Shown here piece by piece: positions 1-7,829 of a stretch of 64,000 nucleotides of DNA. A program made the position numbers and the translations under genes. The stretch comes from an uncultured Gammaproteobacteria bacterium (GTDB lineage: Bacteria; Patescibacteriota; Microgenomatia; PFEM01; DATLAM01). Position 1 is the first letter of the stretch. Each line of letters begins with the position of its first letter. Where the stretch lies: the NCBI GenBank assembly GCA_964566925.1, contig CAZMIZ010000003.1:30792-94791 (forward strand), in the 5' to 3' direction. Below the pieces are notes generated by a model. That model searched no databases. It worked only from the letters and a program-made list of their open reading frames with translations, and was not told the origin of the DNA.

Positions 1-875
1 GAAATAAAATCGATCAATTATTGGGTCGTTGGGAAGATGGAAAACCAGTCGATGAGGAGGTTGCTTCTGGTGATGGAAGTGTCCTTGAAGAAAGTGCAAA
101 ATTAGATGGAGCTAATATTTGGGCGCTTAGCGGGTTTAACCATGGCGATCTGATAAAAACCGTCGTCGGCCAAAAAAGAATTCTCGAAATTTTAGGCATC
201 AATAATACAGAAATAACCGAACAGCCAAGCTTTTCTTTTGAACCCGCCCTGGTTCTTACTCTGGCTTCTCCGGCAACTTTGAGGGTAACTGACCCTTTAG
301 GTCGACAGGCTGGTGCCCAAATCTATCTCAGTGAAATTCCTGACGCTATATTCTCAACTCAAGAGAAGACAATCATTATTCCTAAAGCCAGAGATGGAAA
401 ATATAAAATTGAAGTTCTCGGAGAAAATGATGGCGGCTCCTATCAGCTTTTAATTGGACAGTTAACTTACGATCAGGATCTTTGGATTTCATATAAAGGT
501 AAAATTAAATCAGGTGATTCGAATGATTATGCTTTCATTTACGATGCCACTCTCCAAACAACAAGCTTCCATCTTAGCAAACTTGTCAATTTAAAAATTA
601 ATTCTCTCCTTCATCAAATCCGGAAACAAAAGATTAGATCCTACATTAAAGCAAGACTAACTGGTAAAGTTGTCAGAATTATTGGTAAAACATGGCCTTT
701 GCCCATGCTTTTGAATTTTGGAATGAATAAGCGAGCAGCTAAGTTTACCGAAAAAGCAATAATAAAAACTTCGGAAGCAATTAGGTATGCGGAGAGGTCT
801 AATCCTGATTCTCTTCCTAATCTCCGGGAAATAACGGATCTTCTGGCCCAGCTCCACCAGCTTTTGGGAGGTTAA
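1..875 (+). CDS. Hypothetical protein, 5'-partial; frame is open to window edge and the track ORF begins at a TTG at 21
   Basis: Long ORF in frame 3 with no upstream stop before position 1. No motif recognised. C-terminus ...LAQLHQLLGG. Confidence 0.5.
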   Translation, partial: NKIDQLLGRWEDGKPVDEEVASGDGSVLEESAKLDGANIWALSGFNHGDLIKTVVGQKRILEILGINNTEITEQPSFSFEPALVLTLASPATLRVTDPLGRQAGAQIYLSEIPDAIFSTQEKTIIIPKARDGKYKIEVLGENDGGSYQLLIGQLTYDQDLWISYKGKIKSGDSNDYAFIYDATLQTTSFHLSKLVNLKINSLLHQIRKQKIRSYIKARLTGKVVRIIGKTWPLPMLLNFGMNKRAAKFTEKAIIKTSEAIRYAERSNPDSLPNLREITDLLAQLHQLLGG

Positions 876-1211
876 AACTAAAAGGGCGACTTAAATTCCT
901 TGTAAATATTTGGTAAAATAACGTTATCTGATAAACTTAGAAGCCAGAGGAAGAGCCACCTGCCTTGGCTGCCGACACATGAGATATGCTCCAGTCGGGT
1001 CCCTTATGGACTGGGCTCGCTCACACCACGATAAATTAGACCATCCTCCTTATAAACCTTCTACAGAGCCGGACCAACACAGATCGTTCACTCTTGATCT
1101 GCCTCAACAGACCCTAGAGATGTCTGCTTCAGCAATGTTTGTAAGAATTGCGAACGAGAGAGAACTGCTACATGTGGAAAAATATTCTCCTTCTGGCGCC
1201 AAAGAATGAAG

Positions 1212-1280
1212 ATAACTACCAGCGAAGTCTTGAACCTCTTTGCCCAGCTCCACCAGCTTTTGGGGAATGATTATCTATGA
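1212..1280 (+). pseudogene. Degraded duplicate of the 3' end of the 1..875 gene (encodes ...EVLNLFAQLHQLLGNDYL*); the small ORF 979..1209 may be a frameshifted upstream piece of the same relic
   Basis: 24-nt exact nucleotide repeat gcccagctccaccagcttttggg at 847-869 and 1242-1264. Translated peptide AQLHQLLG is shared. Frame-1 peptide VRIANERE resembles AIRYAERS of the intact gene. Confidence 0.35.
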
Positions 1281-1891
1281 AGGGCCTGTGTCCAACCATC
1301 AAGGGTTATCAATTCTTTCTCATGAGCCTTACGTAAAGAGGAAAGGTTAATCGGCACCCTTAACTCTCTGGCTGCAACTGCGATATCCACAACTGATATT
1401 TTCTGACCAGAAAAAGGAACTAGTGCCCTATTAACTAATGGGTGACGGTCTGGATACCGGTCATCTTTAACACCAGGATATTCTTGAATTGTAGAACCAA
1501 GGATCCCAAAAATGTTCTCGTTCGTTTTATCCTGAGTCAGATAATAGGCCGCCAGAGCTTCTTCACTGGTAGCCACAAAGCCTGGTTTACTCTGAATTCC
1601 TACCTCTAAAACCTTACTCGCAATAACCAAGCCTGGAAGATCAAGGGAGTCATAAAAACCGAAAGCCTCAACGCATACCTTTCCTGCTTCATCCTGAATT
1701 CCCAAACCGCTTAAGATTCTCTCTTTTGTTCCAATAGTCATCCTTCTGGCTCCAATTACCACTCTCCCATCAATAACTCTTTCTTTTCCCCCCTCATCAA
1801 TCCGAATTTCTTGAGTTTCAGAAGCTGCCAGAACAATTGGCGGAGAAAAATATACTTCCTCTGTAGATCCTGCTGCTTCTCTTCGAACCAT
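1271..1891 (-). CDS. Hypothetical protein, 206 aa
   Basis: ORF with strong RBS (AGAGGGG) and a consensus promoter cassette upstream. No recognisable motif. Confidence 0.55.
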   Translation of the reverse strand: MVRREAAGSTEEVYFSPPIVLAASETQEIRIDEGGKERVIDGRVVIGARRMTIGTKERILSGLGIQDEAGKVCVEAFGFYDSLDLPGLVIASKVLEVGIQSKPGFVATSEEALAAYYLTQDKTNENIFGILGSTIQEYPGVKDDRYPDRHPLVNRALVPFSGQKISVVDIAVAARELRVPINLSSLRKAHEKELITLDGWTQALHR

Positions 1892-1963
1892 AACCCCTCT
1901 TTAAAAAAACAGCTGCCCTTGAGGCAGCAAGGTTTTTATAACATTATCCTTTCGCTTTGTCAA
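1892..1963 (-). promoter_or_regulatory. Promoter cassette: -35 TTGACA (1958-1963), 17-nt spacer, -10 TATAAA (1935-1940), then perfect hairpin GCTGCC-CTTGA-GGCAGC (1912-1928) plus T7 run and RBS
   Basis: Read directly. About 88% identical over 61 nt to the cassette at 2549-2609. The hairpin lies 16 nt after the stop of the upstream gene, so it could also act as its terminator. Confidence 0.55.
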
Positions 1964-2531
1964 TTTCTGCGTAATAATCCCTAATCGTCCTTCTCTCCGC
2001 TTTCGCCCAATTTTTCCCGTCTTTTCTCCATCTTCTAGTTATTCGGTCGTAAGCAGTCTTTCCCATATTGGTGGTAAAAGCGTCGATAAAAGCCGCGGCG
2101 ATAATCACAAAACCTCTCCTACTGTCCCTAAGGCTTCTGTATCTCCTTGCTACCCAGCACGACAAAGGAAAACGTTCTTCAAAAGTCATTCCCTGAATCC
2201 TATCTTCTGTTGCCCATTCGATTCTCTTCTGAACTTCTTCCCCGCTCGGCTCCCAAACCAGAGTGTAACTTTGCCCTGTTTCAGGGTGAGAGACTTCCAC
2301 TTGACCGCGCTCGCTAACATAGATAGGAAGCCTTGGAGGCGTTAATGGCTCTTCAAAAGTCACCTCACCCTCTATTGTTTCTTGGCTTTTTACTATTACC
2401 CCAGAGGTAGGCAATTCTAAATAGCCACTTTTTGCATCCTCGCCTACATTGACAATCACTTGAGGTTCTTCGATTAAAACAGAACGGCCTAAGGGAAGTT
2501 CTCTCTCTCCTTTTATACTGATCGGTGGCAT
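1944..2531 (-). CDS. Hypothetical protein, 195 aa, basic C-terminus
   Basis: ORF with RBS AAAGGA and the same promoter cassette upstream. No recognisable motif. Confidence 0.55.
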   Translation of the reverse strand: MPPISIKGERELPLGRSVLIEEPQVIVNVGEDAKSGYLELPTSGVIVKSQETIEGEVTFEEPLTPPRLPIYVSERGQVEVSHPETGQSYTLVWEPSGEEVQKRIEWATEDRIQGMTFEERFPLSCWVARRYRSLRDSRRGFVIIAAAFIDAFTTNMGKTAYDRITRRWRKDGKNWAKAERRTIRDYYAEIDKAKG

Positions 2532-2609
2532 TTATTTTTCCTTTCTCTAAAAAAATGGCTGCCCTTGAGGCAGCAAGCTTTTTATAACACTATCCCTTCT
2601 ACTTGTCAA
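2532..2609 (-). promoter_or_regulatory. Second copy of promoter cassette: -35 TTGACA (2604-2609), 17 nt, -10 TATAAA (2581-2586), hairpin GCTGCC-CTTGA-GGCAGC (2558-2574), T/A runs on both sides
   Basis: Read directly; near-identical to 1903-1963. Confidence 0.55.
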
Positions 2610-2641
2610 GAAAGTTATCAAAAAATAAAAACCTTTACCCC

Positions 2642-2670
2642 TTGACCTTATAGTAAAAAACTATTAATAT
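2642..2670 (+). promoter_or_regulatory. Divergent promoter TTGACC-17-TAATAT for the 2682 gene; near-leaderless (ATG about 5 nt after the predicted TSS, no SD)
   Basis: Hexamers and spacing read directly. Confidence 0.45.
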
Positions 2671-2681
2671 CTTCCCAAACC

Positions 2682-3368
2682 ATGAGAGAACCAGATCGGG
2701 GAGAAAAAGGGCTACCAGTATTGTCTCCTCTTGAAGCAGGAACAGTCTTAGCTATTCGTGTAGAAGGAAGGCTGTTTCCATCTCCTGATAGAGAAAGTGA
2801 TCTTTTTAGGGTAGTCCCTCTGGAACTTACCAAAGGAACCTTTTCACTTTGCCAAAGAGCCCTTTATAGAAATGCCAAAGACACTCTTGGCCGATATCCC
2901 AGCTTGATGGAAAATCCCTTGTTAGTTGACATTTCTCAAGCTGGATGGGATAGATTCGCAGACAGTCAACTTAGGGCGTCGATTTGGTGGAATAACCAGG
3001 CTCGAGAGGTTCTTTTTGGAAAACCAGTCTCAACTCCAGCTGATTGGCTAGAATTCGACAAAGAAAAAACAAATCTGGAAATTCCTATCAGGGGCGCTAA
3101 AGCCCTGGCCTTGGGGATCTATACTTCCATTTGTGAATTAGACGCTGTGGCTCCACAATCTAGTTCAAAGGATGAAGCTGAATCAAGAAGGGTGATAAAA
3201 ATCTTTTTGGGAGGTTTAGTGGATGTTTTGAATATCCTCGATGAACATAAAGTTTCTATTGATTCAGAGAAAATTGAAGTTTTGCAAGAAGTCCAGAGAG
3301 AAGTTCAAATTCATCCCTACGCCGCTTTCCCTCTTCAACCTAGGCTTCAGGCTCGTTTGGAGGAATAG
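2682..3368 (+). CDS. Hypothetical protein, 228 aa
   Basis: ORF only; no motif recognised. Confidence 0.5.
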   Translation: MREPDRGEKGLPVLSPLEAGTVLAIRVEGRLFPSPDRESDLFRVVPLELTKGTFSLCQRALYRNAKDTLGRYPSLMENPLLVDISQAGWDRFADSQLRASIWWNNQAREVLFGKPVSTPADWLEFDKEKTNLEIPIRGAKALALGIYTSICELDAVAPQSSSKDEAESRRVIKIFLGGLVDVLNILDEHKVSIDSEKIEVLQEVQREVQIHPYAAFPLQPRLQARLEE

Positions 3369-3940
3369 AAGTCCCGTCCGGTGGATTTCCTGGCTATTAA
3401 GTACCAATTAAGACCCAGTCGTCGAGACTCCATTTCTTCAAAGCCAATCTTTTCGCATCGCCTAAGAGCACCCTTGATCGCTGGACCAGAAATTTCAGAG
3501 ACGATTAGCCTCCCTCCTGGTTTCAAAAGAGGCAAGCTCTGATTAAGAACCTCTGGGCCGCCGCCATAGCTTTGGACAAAAACCAAATCAAAGGTTTCTG
3601 CTTGAAATGGAGGCTTATTCCCATCAGCCACAAAAAACCATTCCCTAGTTTCTCTCCTTAAAAACAGGTCAATCATCCGGCAAATTCTTCTTGAAGCTTT
3701 CTGAATGAAGGGATCAATATCAAGCGATATAAAAAGACCTTGCTCGCCGGTCTTTCTTGAGTAAAAGCGCCAGAGTGGATAGCCAGCCCCCATCTCTAAA
3801 ACTTTTTCTCCTTCCTGGATAGCAGCCACTTGGCCGATAGCTCGATGATAAAGCGGCCTGGCTTCAAATAAGCCAACCATCGGTAAGATAAACCGCCAAC
3901 CATAGAGGTCAATTTTAGCGTCTACCTCTTTACTCATCAA
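3347..3940 (-). CDS. Class I SAM-dependent methyltransferase
   Basis: Motif I VLEMGAGYP and post-I LKPGGRLIV, a Rossmann MTase pattern. Confidence 0.65.
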   Translation of the reverse strand: MMSKEVDAKIDLYGWRFILPMVGLFEARPLYHRAIGQVAAIQEGEKVLEMGAGYPLWRFYSRKTGEQGLFISLDIDPFIQKASRRICRMIDLFLRRETREWFFVADGNKPPFQAETFDLVFVQSYGGGPEVLNQSLPLLKPGGRLIVSEISGPAIKGALRRCEKIGFEEMESRRLGLNWYLIARKSTGRDFYSSKRA

Positions 3941-3946
3941 TCCCTC

Positions 3947-4504
3947 CTATTTTGTGTCTGTCATCCCGGTAACAGTTAGATAAGCACACCGCTTCATTCC
4001 CAACAAGAACCTATCTCCTCTTTTGCTCGCTACAGTTGCTTCGGCTAACAAGGTCTCTGGATCCTTGTCTAGGTCAGAAGGAATTATGGGGTAGCACGAC
4101 CAGCCAAATTCTGTTTCACTATCTTCAACTATTAAACGAAAAACTTCTTCGCCGTATCGAGTGTTTAACTCTTGAATCATTCTTCGGGTAGCTTTCTCAG
4201 CCTTCCCGCCTCCTCCGGGCATCAGAGGAATGGCTACGGCCTGAATCTTTCCCCAAATCTCAGAACTAAGCTCTCCATTAACCACCCAGCCTTGAGGCGC
4301 CCCTACTGATTCTAGGGGCCAGGCTCTTTGCCCATGGTATACCTGCGCAAAAGTTTGAGGATCAAGATATTCCTCTTCCGCTCTTTCGGGAGTAACGTCT
4401 TCCGGTTCTGACCATAAAAACCCCACTATTCTGGGCCCTTTATCTTGACCGCCAAGAGAATATACCGGAATACCCCGATTATCATTTTCTAAAGAACCAC
4501 TCAT
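3947..4504 (-). CDS. Hypothetical protein; weak resemblance to the LOG/SLOG Rossmann family (PGGGGKAEKATRRM resembles PGGxGTxEE). Start taken at MSGSL; the longer 4558 start would abut the tRNA
   Basis: ORF plus one motif-level resemblance only. Confidence 0.4.
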   Translation of the reverse strand: MSGSLENDNRGIPVYSLGGQDKGPRIVGFLWSEPEDVTPERAEEEYLDPQTFAQVYHGQRAWPLESVGAPQGWVVNGELSSEIWGKIQAVAIPLMPGGGGKAEKATRRMIQELNTRYGEEVFRLIVEDSETEFGWSCYPIIPSDLDKDPETLLAEATVASKRGDRFLLGMKRCAYLTVTGMTDTK

Positions 4505-4569
4505 TTTATCCTTCTTAAAAATTAAATTGGCAGGACGGGCTTTGGCGAGGCAGATCATTGACCTTTTTG

Positions 4570-4643
4570 TGGACGATGCAGGACTTGAACCTGCGACCCC
4601 TGCAATGTGAATGCAGTGCTCTGGCCAACTGAGCTAATCGTCC
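4570..4643 (-). tRNA. tRNA-Val (anticodon CAC)
   Basis: Minus-strand GGACGAT-TA-GCTC-AGTTGGCC-AGAGC-A-CTGCA-TTCACAT-TGCAG-GGGTC-GCAGG-TTCAAGT-CCTGC-ATCGTCC-A. Canonical cloverleaf with T-loop TTCAAGT. CCA not encoded. Confidence 0.85.
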
Positions 4644-4669
4644 ATAAAGTAATTTTACCAAATTCCCCC

Positions 4670-4699
4670 TTGCCAAGCAATTATTCTAGGGCATATAAT
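4670..4699 (+). promoter_or_regulatory. Promoter TTGCCA-18-TATAAT for lepB
   Basis: Read directly; the ATG is 8 nt downstream of the -10. Confidence 0.45.
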
Positions 4700-4706
4700 T
4701 AAAACA

Positions 4707-5258
4707 ATGAAAAGAGTAATCAAGCAAATCGGCGCCTTTTTTTTGGACATCATTGAAACCGTTGTCCTGGCCTTAGCTATCTTTGTTTTAGTCTATCTTT
4801 TTTTGGTCCAACCCCATCAGGTGCGCGGCAATTCGATGTACCCCACTTTCCATGATGGCGAATATCTCTTAACCGATAAGCTTTCCTATCGCCTGGGCGA
4901 GCCGGGAAGGGGTGATGTTATTGTTTTCCAAGCCCCCCAAAACCAAGAATATGACTATATTAAAAGGATTGTCGGCCTCCCCGGAGACCGAGTGAAAATC
5001 AAAAATAGCCAAGTCTACATCAACGGTGAGCCGCTTGATGAGTCTTACCTTCCTGGAGATTTTACTACTTCAGGAGGTAGTTTTTTAGGCGAAGATAAGG
5101 AAATTGTCATTCCCGAAGGTGAATATTTAGTTCTAGGTGACAATCGCAGTCACAGCTCTGATTCTAGAGAATGGGGTGACGTGCCGGTCGAAAACATTAT
5201 CGGCAAAGCCTTATTCCGATATTGGCCCCTAAATAAACTCGGGTTAGTTGGAAATTAA
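4707..5258 (+). CDS. lepB: Signal peptidase I (S26)
   Basis: N-terminal TM segment, catalytic Ser box GNSMYPT, and GDNRSHSSDSREWG box. Confidence 0.85.
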   Translation: MKRVIKQIGAFFLDIIETVVLALAIFVLVYLFLVQPHQVRGNSMYPTFHDGEYLLTDKLSYRLGEPGRGDVIVFQAPQNQEYDYIKRIVGLPGDRVKIKNSQVYINGEPLDESYLPGDFTTSGGSFLGEDKEIVIPEGEYLVLGDNRSHSSDSREWGDVPVENIIGKALFRYWPLNKLGLVGN

Positions 5259-6100
5259 GAAGACTTCCTGCCGCAAATTCCTTTGTAGATTTTCTGAAGA
5301 GGCTTCTCAGTTGCTTCAAGATCTCCCTTAAGAACAATCATCAAGCGGGTTTCGGCTCGAGAACGAGTTAATTTGACTCTTGCCTTTTTATCAATTCCTA
5401 AAGCTTGATGAATATCATCTCTAATCTTATCGATCTCAGCACTGATGATATGGGGCTGTTTACCTCTTTTACCTGCAGGCGGCTGACCGGCTGCTTTCCG
5501 CATTCTTCTGGCCAATTCTTCCGCTCGCCTAACGGAGCCTGACTCGCGTAAAACAATTTTATAGGCTTCAACCATTAAGCGGGTATCGCCAATCGCCGCT
5601 AAGGCCCGAGCGTGCCCTTCGGTAATTAAACTGGAAAGGAGCCCGTCTTTGAGGGCATCAGGCAAGGTTAGGAGCCGCAGAGAATTAGAAATAAAAGCGG
5701 GGCTTTTGCTTATTCTCTTGGCAATCTCTCGATTGGTCAGGCCAAACTCCTCCATCAGTCGGGTAAATGCTTGAGCCCGTTCAAGTGGATTAAGATCTTC
5801 TCTTTGGACATTCTCGACTAAAGCCATTTCCAACATTCCCTGAGGACTGGTTTCCTTGACTATGGCCGGGACGTCAGTCAAACCGGCAATCTTAGAAGCC
5901 CTCCAGCGGCGCTCGCCAGCAATTATTTGGTAACCCGCTGGCGTTTTGGCAATTACTAATGGCTCCAAAACTCCATGCTCTTTAATGGAATCAACTAAAT
6001 CAGCTAGTGATTCCGGGGTAATTAATCCCCGCGGCTGCAAAGGGTTTGGCTGAAGAGCATTAATCTCAATTTGAACCACTTGTTGAGCTTTTTTAGCCAT
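5255..6100 (-). CDS. parB: ParB/Spo0J-family partition protein; no adjacent parA
   Basis: ParB box GERRWRA and an N-terminal ParB domain pattern. Confidence 0.8.
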   Translation of the reverse strand: MAKKAQQVVQIEINALQPNPLQPRGLITPESLADLVDSIKEHGVLEPLVIAKTPAGYQIIAGERRWRASKIAGLTDVPAIVKETSPQGMLEMALVENVQREDLNPLERAQAFTRLMEEFGLTNREIAKRISKSPAFISNSLRLLTLPDALKDGLLSSLITEGHARALAAIGDTRLMVEAYKIVLRESGSVRRAEELARRMRKAAGQPPAGKRGKQPHIISAEIDKIRDDIHQALGIDKKARVKLTRSRAETRLMIVLKGDLEATEKPLQKIYKGICGRKSS

Positions 6101-6129
6101 CCTTCAATTCCTTTCAGGATAAATTTTAA

Positions 6130-6375
6130 TTAAGCTACACAAACAACTTTTGTTCCCTGACGCTTTTTGAAAAGGACCTTACCGTCTCTTAAGGCAAAAA
6201 GGGTATGATCGCGACCGATGCCCACTCCCTCGCCAGGATGAAAGCGGGTCCCTCGTTGACGGAGGATGATAGCGCCGGTTTTAATTTCCTGTCCGCCAAA
6301 AACCTTAACCCCCAAACGTTTGCCTGGTCGAGTCGTTTGCTGACTGGTTTTTCCTCCGGTTTTTTTATGAGCCAT
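6130..6375 (-). CDS. rpmA: 50S ribosomal protein L27
   Basis: [10 protein letters not shown]...[12 protein letters not shown] signature. Confidence 0.9.
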   Translation of the reverse strand: MAHKKTGGKTSQQTTRPGKRLGVKVFGGQEIKTGAIILRQRGTRFHPGEGVGIGRDHTLFALRDGKVLFKKRQGTKVVCVA

Positions 6376-6378
6376 TTT

Positions 6379-6696
6379 CTAAGAAGAAAGTATAGACAAA
6401 ATTTTCACGCGTGTCAACTGTTGGCGATGCCCTTTGACTCGACGGTAGCGAGATTTGGCCTTGTAAGTGGCCACTCGGATCTTCTGGCCTTTAAAATGAG
6501 AAAGAACCTTGGCTTTGACCCGAGCCCCTTTTGCTTGAGGCTGTCCAATCTTAATTTTTTTATTATCAACCAGTAAAAGAACTTCGGCAAAAGTTACGAC
6601 TTTACCCTCGGGGGTGTCGATTTTTTCAATTTCAATCTCGTCTCCTTCCGAAACTCGATATTGCTTGCCGCCGGTTTTAATAATTGCGTATTTCAT
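6379..6696 (-). CDS. rplU: 50S ribosomal protein L21
   Basis: MKYAIIKTGGKQYRVSEGD signature; TATTATAAT -10 just upstream. Confidence 0.9.
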   Translation of the reverse strand: MKYAIIKTGGKQYRVSEGDEIEIEKIDTPEGKVVTFAEVLLLVDNKKIKIGQPQAKGARVKAKVLSHFKGQKIRVATYKAKSRYRRVKGHRQQLTRVKILSILSS

Positions 6697-6749
6697 AGTC
6701 CCTCATTAGCCTCTAGATTATAATATAGGTAGAAAGCAAGCGCAAGGGG

Positions 6750-7829
6750 TTACCTAATCTGGATTCCTTCTTGAGGTTTAGTTTGCCTAGCAACGCTTTC
6801 CACTAGGCCAAGGCTGACCAAGGTCGCCATCAAAGAACTGCCGCCATAGGAAACTAAAGGGAGGGTTAGGCCAGTGATGGGCACCAAACCAAGATTCATC
6901 CCGATATTAATAAAAACTTGAGAAATAATCAAAGTGAAAACACCAAGACAGATTAAGTAGCCCAACTTATCAATTGATTTCTGGCCTATTTGTAAAATCC
7001 GCCACAAAAGCAAACCGTAAGCAAGAATCAGCAAGACGGCTCCCAGAAAACCCAGTTCTTCAGCTAAAGAAGCAAAAATAAAATCAGTGTGCCTCTCAGG
7101 TAAAAAGCGAAGGTGCGACTGGGTTCCCCTACCCAATCCTCTCCCCACCAATTGACCGGAACCGACGGCAATGATTGCCTGAATCATATTGTAACCGGCG
7201 CCTAGAGGATCTGAAAGGGGACGAAGAAAAGTATAAATTCTTTCTCGTTGATAATCTTTAAGCAGGCGCCAAAAAATGGGCAGCGAAATAACAAAAAAAA
7301 GTAAACCGAAGGCTAGCCATTGCCAAGCTATCCCGCTAGCAAAAATGATCGCCATCCAAACAAAAACTACCACCAAGCTACTTCCCAAATCTGGCTGACG
7401 GAAAATCAAAAAAGCCGGGAGAAAAAACAAAAAAAGGTTTAAAAGTAAAGATTTAAAATCAAAATCCTTCTGAAAAGAAACAAAGGAAGCAAAAACTAAA
7501 ATTAGAAGCGGTTTAACCAATTCAGAAGGCTGAAAAGTAAAACCACCTATTTGGACCCAGCGAATTGAGCCTCTGGTTAAATGGCCAAAGAGAAAAGTAG
7601 AGAAGAGACCTAAAAGAGTAAAAGAAAAAAGGGGCCAAGTTAGCCGTTCAAAAATCCGATAATCAATCCGAGAGACAAGAAAGAAAAGAAAAAAACCTAA
7701 TAAGGCATAGACAAGCTGCTGAGGAAAAAGGGCCGTTGCCACGCTGCCAACGATGGCCAGGCCCATGAAGATCAAAACGATCATGGCTCCCACCATGAGC
7801 CAATCAAAGTTTTTAGAAAGACTCTTCAT
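6750..7829 (-). CDS. rodA: SEDS-family peptidoglycan polymerase (RodA-like; this copy lies outside the dcw core)
   Basis: Polytopic protein with SEDS signatures (GSGQLVGRGLG, PERHTDFIF). Confidence 0.75.
   Translation of the reverse strand: MKSLSKNFDWLMVGAMIVLIFMGLAIVGSVATALFPQQLVYALLGFFLFFLVSRIDYRIFERLTWPLFSFTLLGLFSTFLFGHLTRGSIRWVQIGGFTFQPSELVKPLLILVFASFVSFQKDFDFKSLLLNLFLFFLPAFLIFRQPDLGSSLVVVFVWMAIIFASGIAWQWLAFGLLFFVISLPIFWRLLKDYQRERIYTFLRPLSDPLGAGYNMIQAIIAVGSGQLVGRGLGRGTQSHLRFLPERHTDFIFASLAEELGFLGAVLLILAYGLLLWRILQIGQKSIDKLGYLICLGVFTLIISQVFINIGMNLGLVPITGLTLPLVSYGGSSLMATLVSLGLVESVARQTKPQEGIQIR

Noticed and set aside
876-1210. Structured ncRNA (SRP RNA, RNase P or 6S) in the relatively GC-rich gap, including the local hairpin CCAGTC-N12-GACTGG
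   Set aside because: No conserved SRP domain IV (GGAA/AGCAG loops) or RNase P P4 motifs were recognisable by eye. A covariance-model scan would be needed. It is left uncalled.
843-1265. The repeated 3' sequence ...cagctccacca resembles the acceptor end plus ACCA of a tRNA or tmRNA, suggesting an ssrA gene with a duplicated integration site
   Set aside because: There is no complementary 5' acceptor strand (GGAGCTG), no T-loop (GGTTCGANTCC) and no tag-peptide reading frame ending in ...ALAA. The protein-coding interpretation (AQLHQLLG duplicated in frame) fits better.
1912-1928. The GCTGCC/GGCAGC hairpin as a riboswitch
   Set aside because: It is far too short (17 nt plus a U-run) to form an aptamer. 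Stabiliser, operator or simple terminator are more parsimonious.
6205-6576. 123-aa plus-strand ORF, and many other 60-130-aa ORFs in the supplied track (for example 8501..8698, 9788..10045, 10318..10786, 11443..11640, 11737..12696, 12715..13277, 17921..18280, 44666..45059, 45795..46118)
   Set aside because: They lie antisense to or nested within well-supported conserved genes (rpmA/rplU, ileS, ftsZ, ftsA, murD, ftsI), have low-complexity composition and no RBS context. They are treated as spurious.
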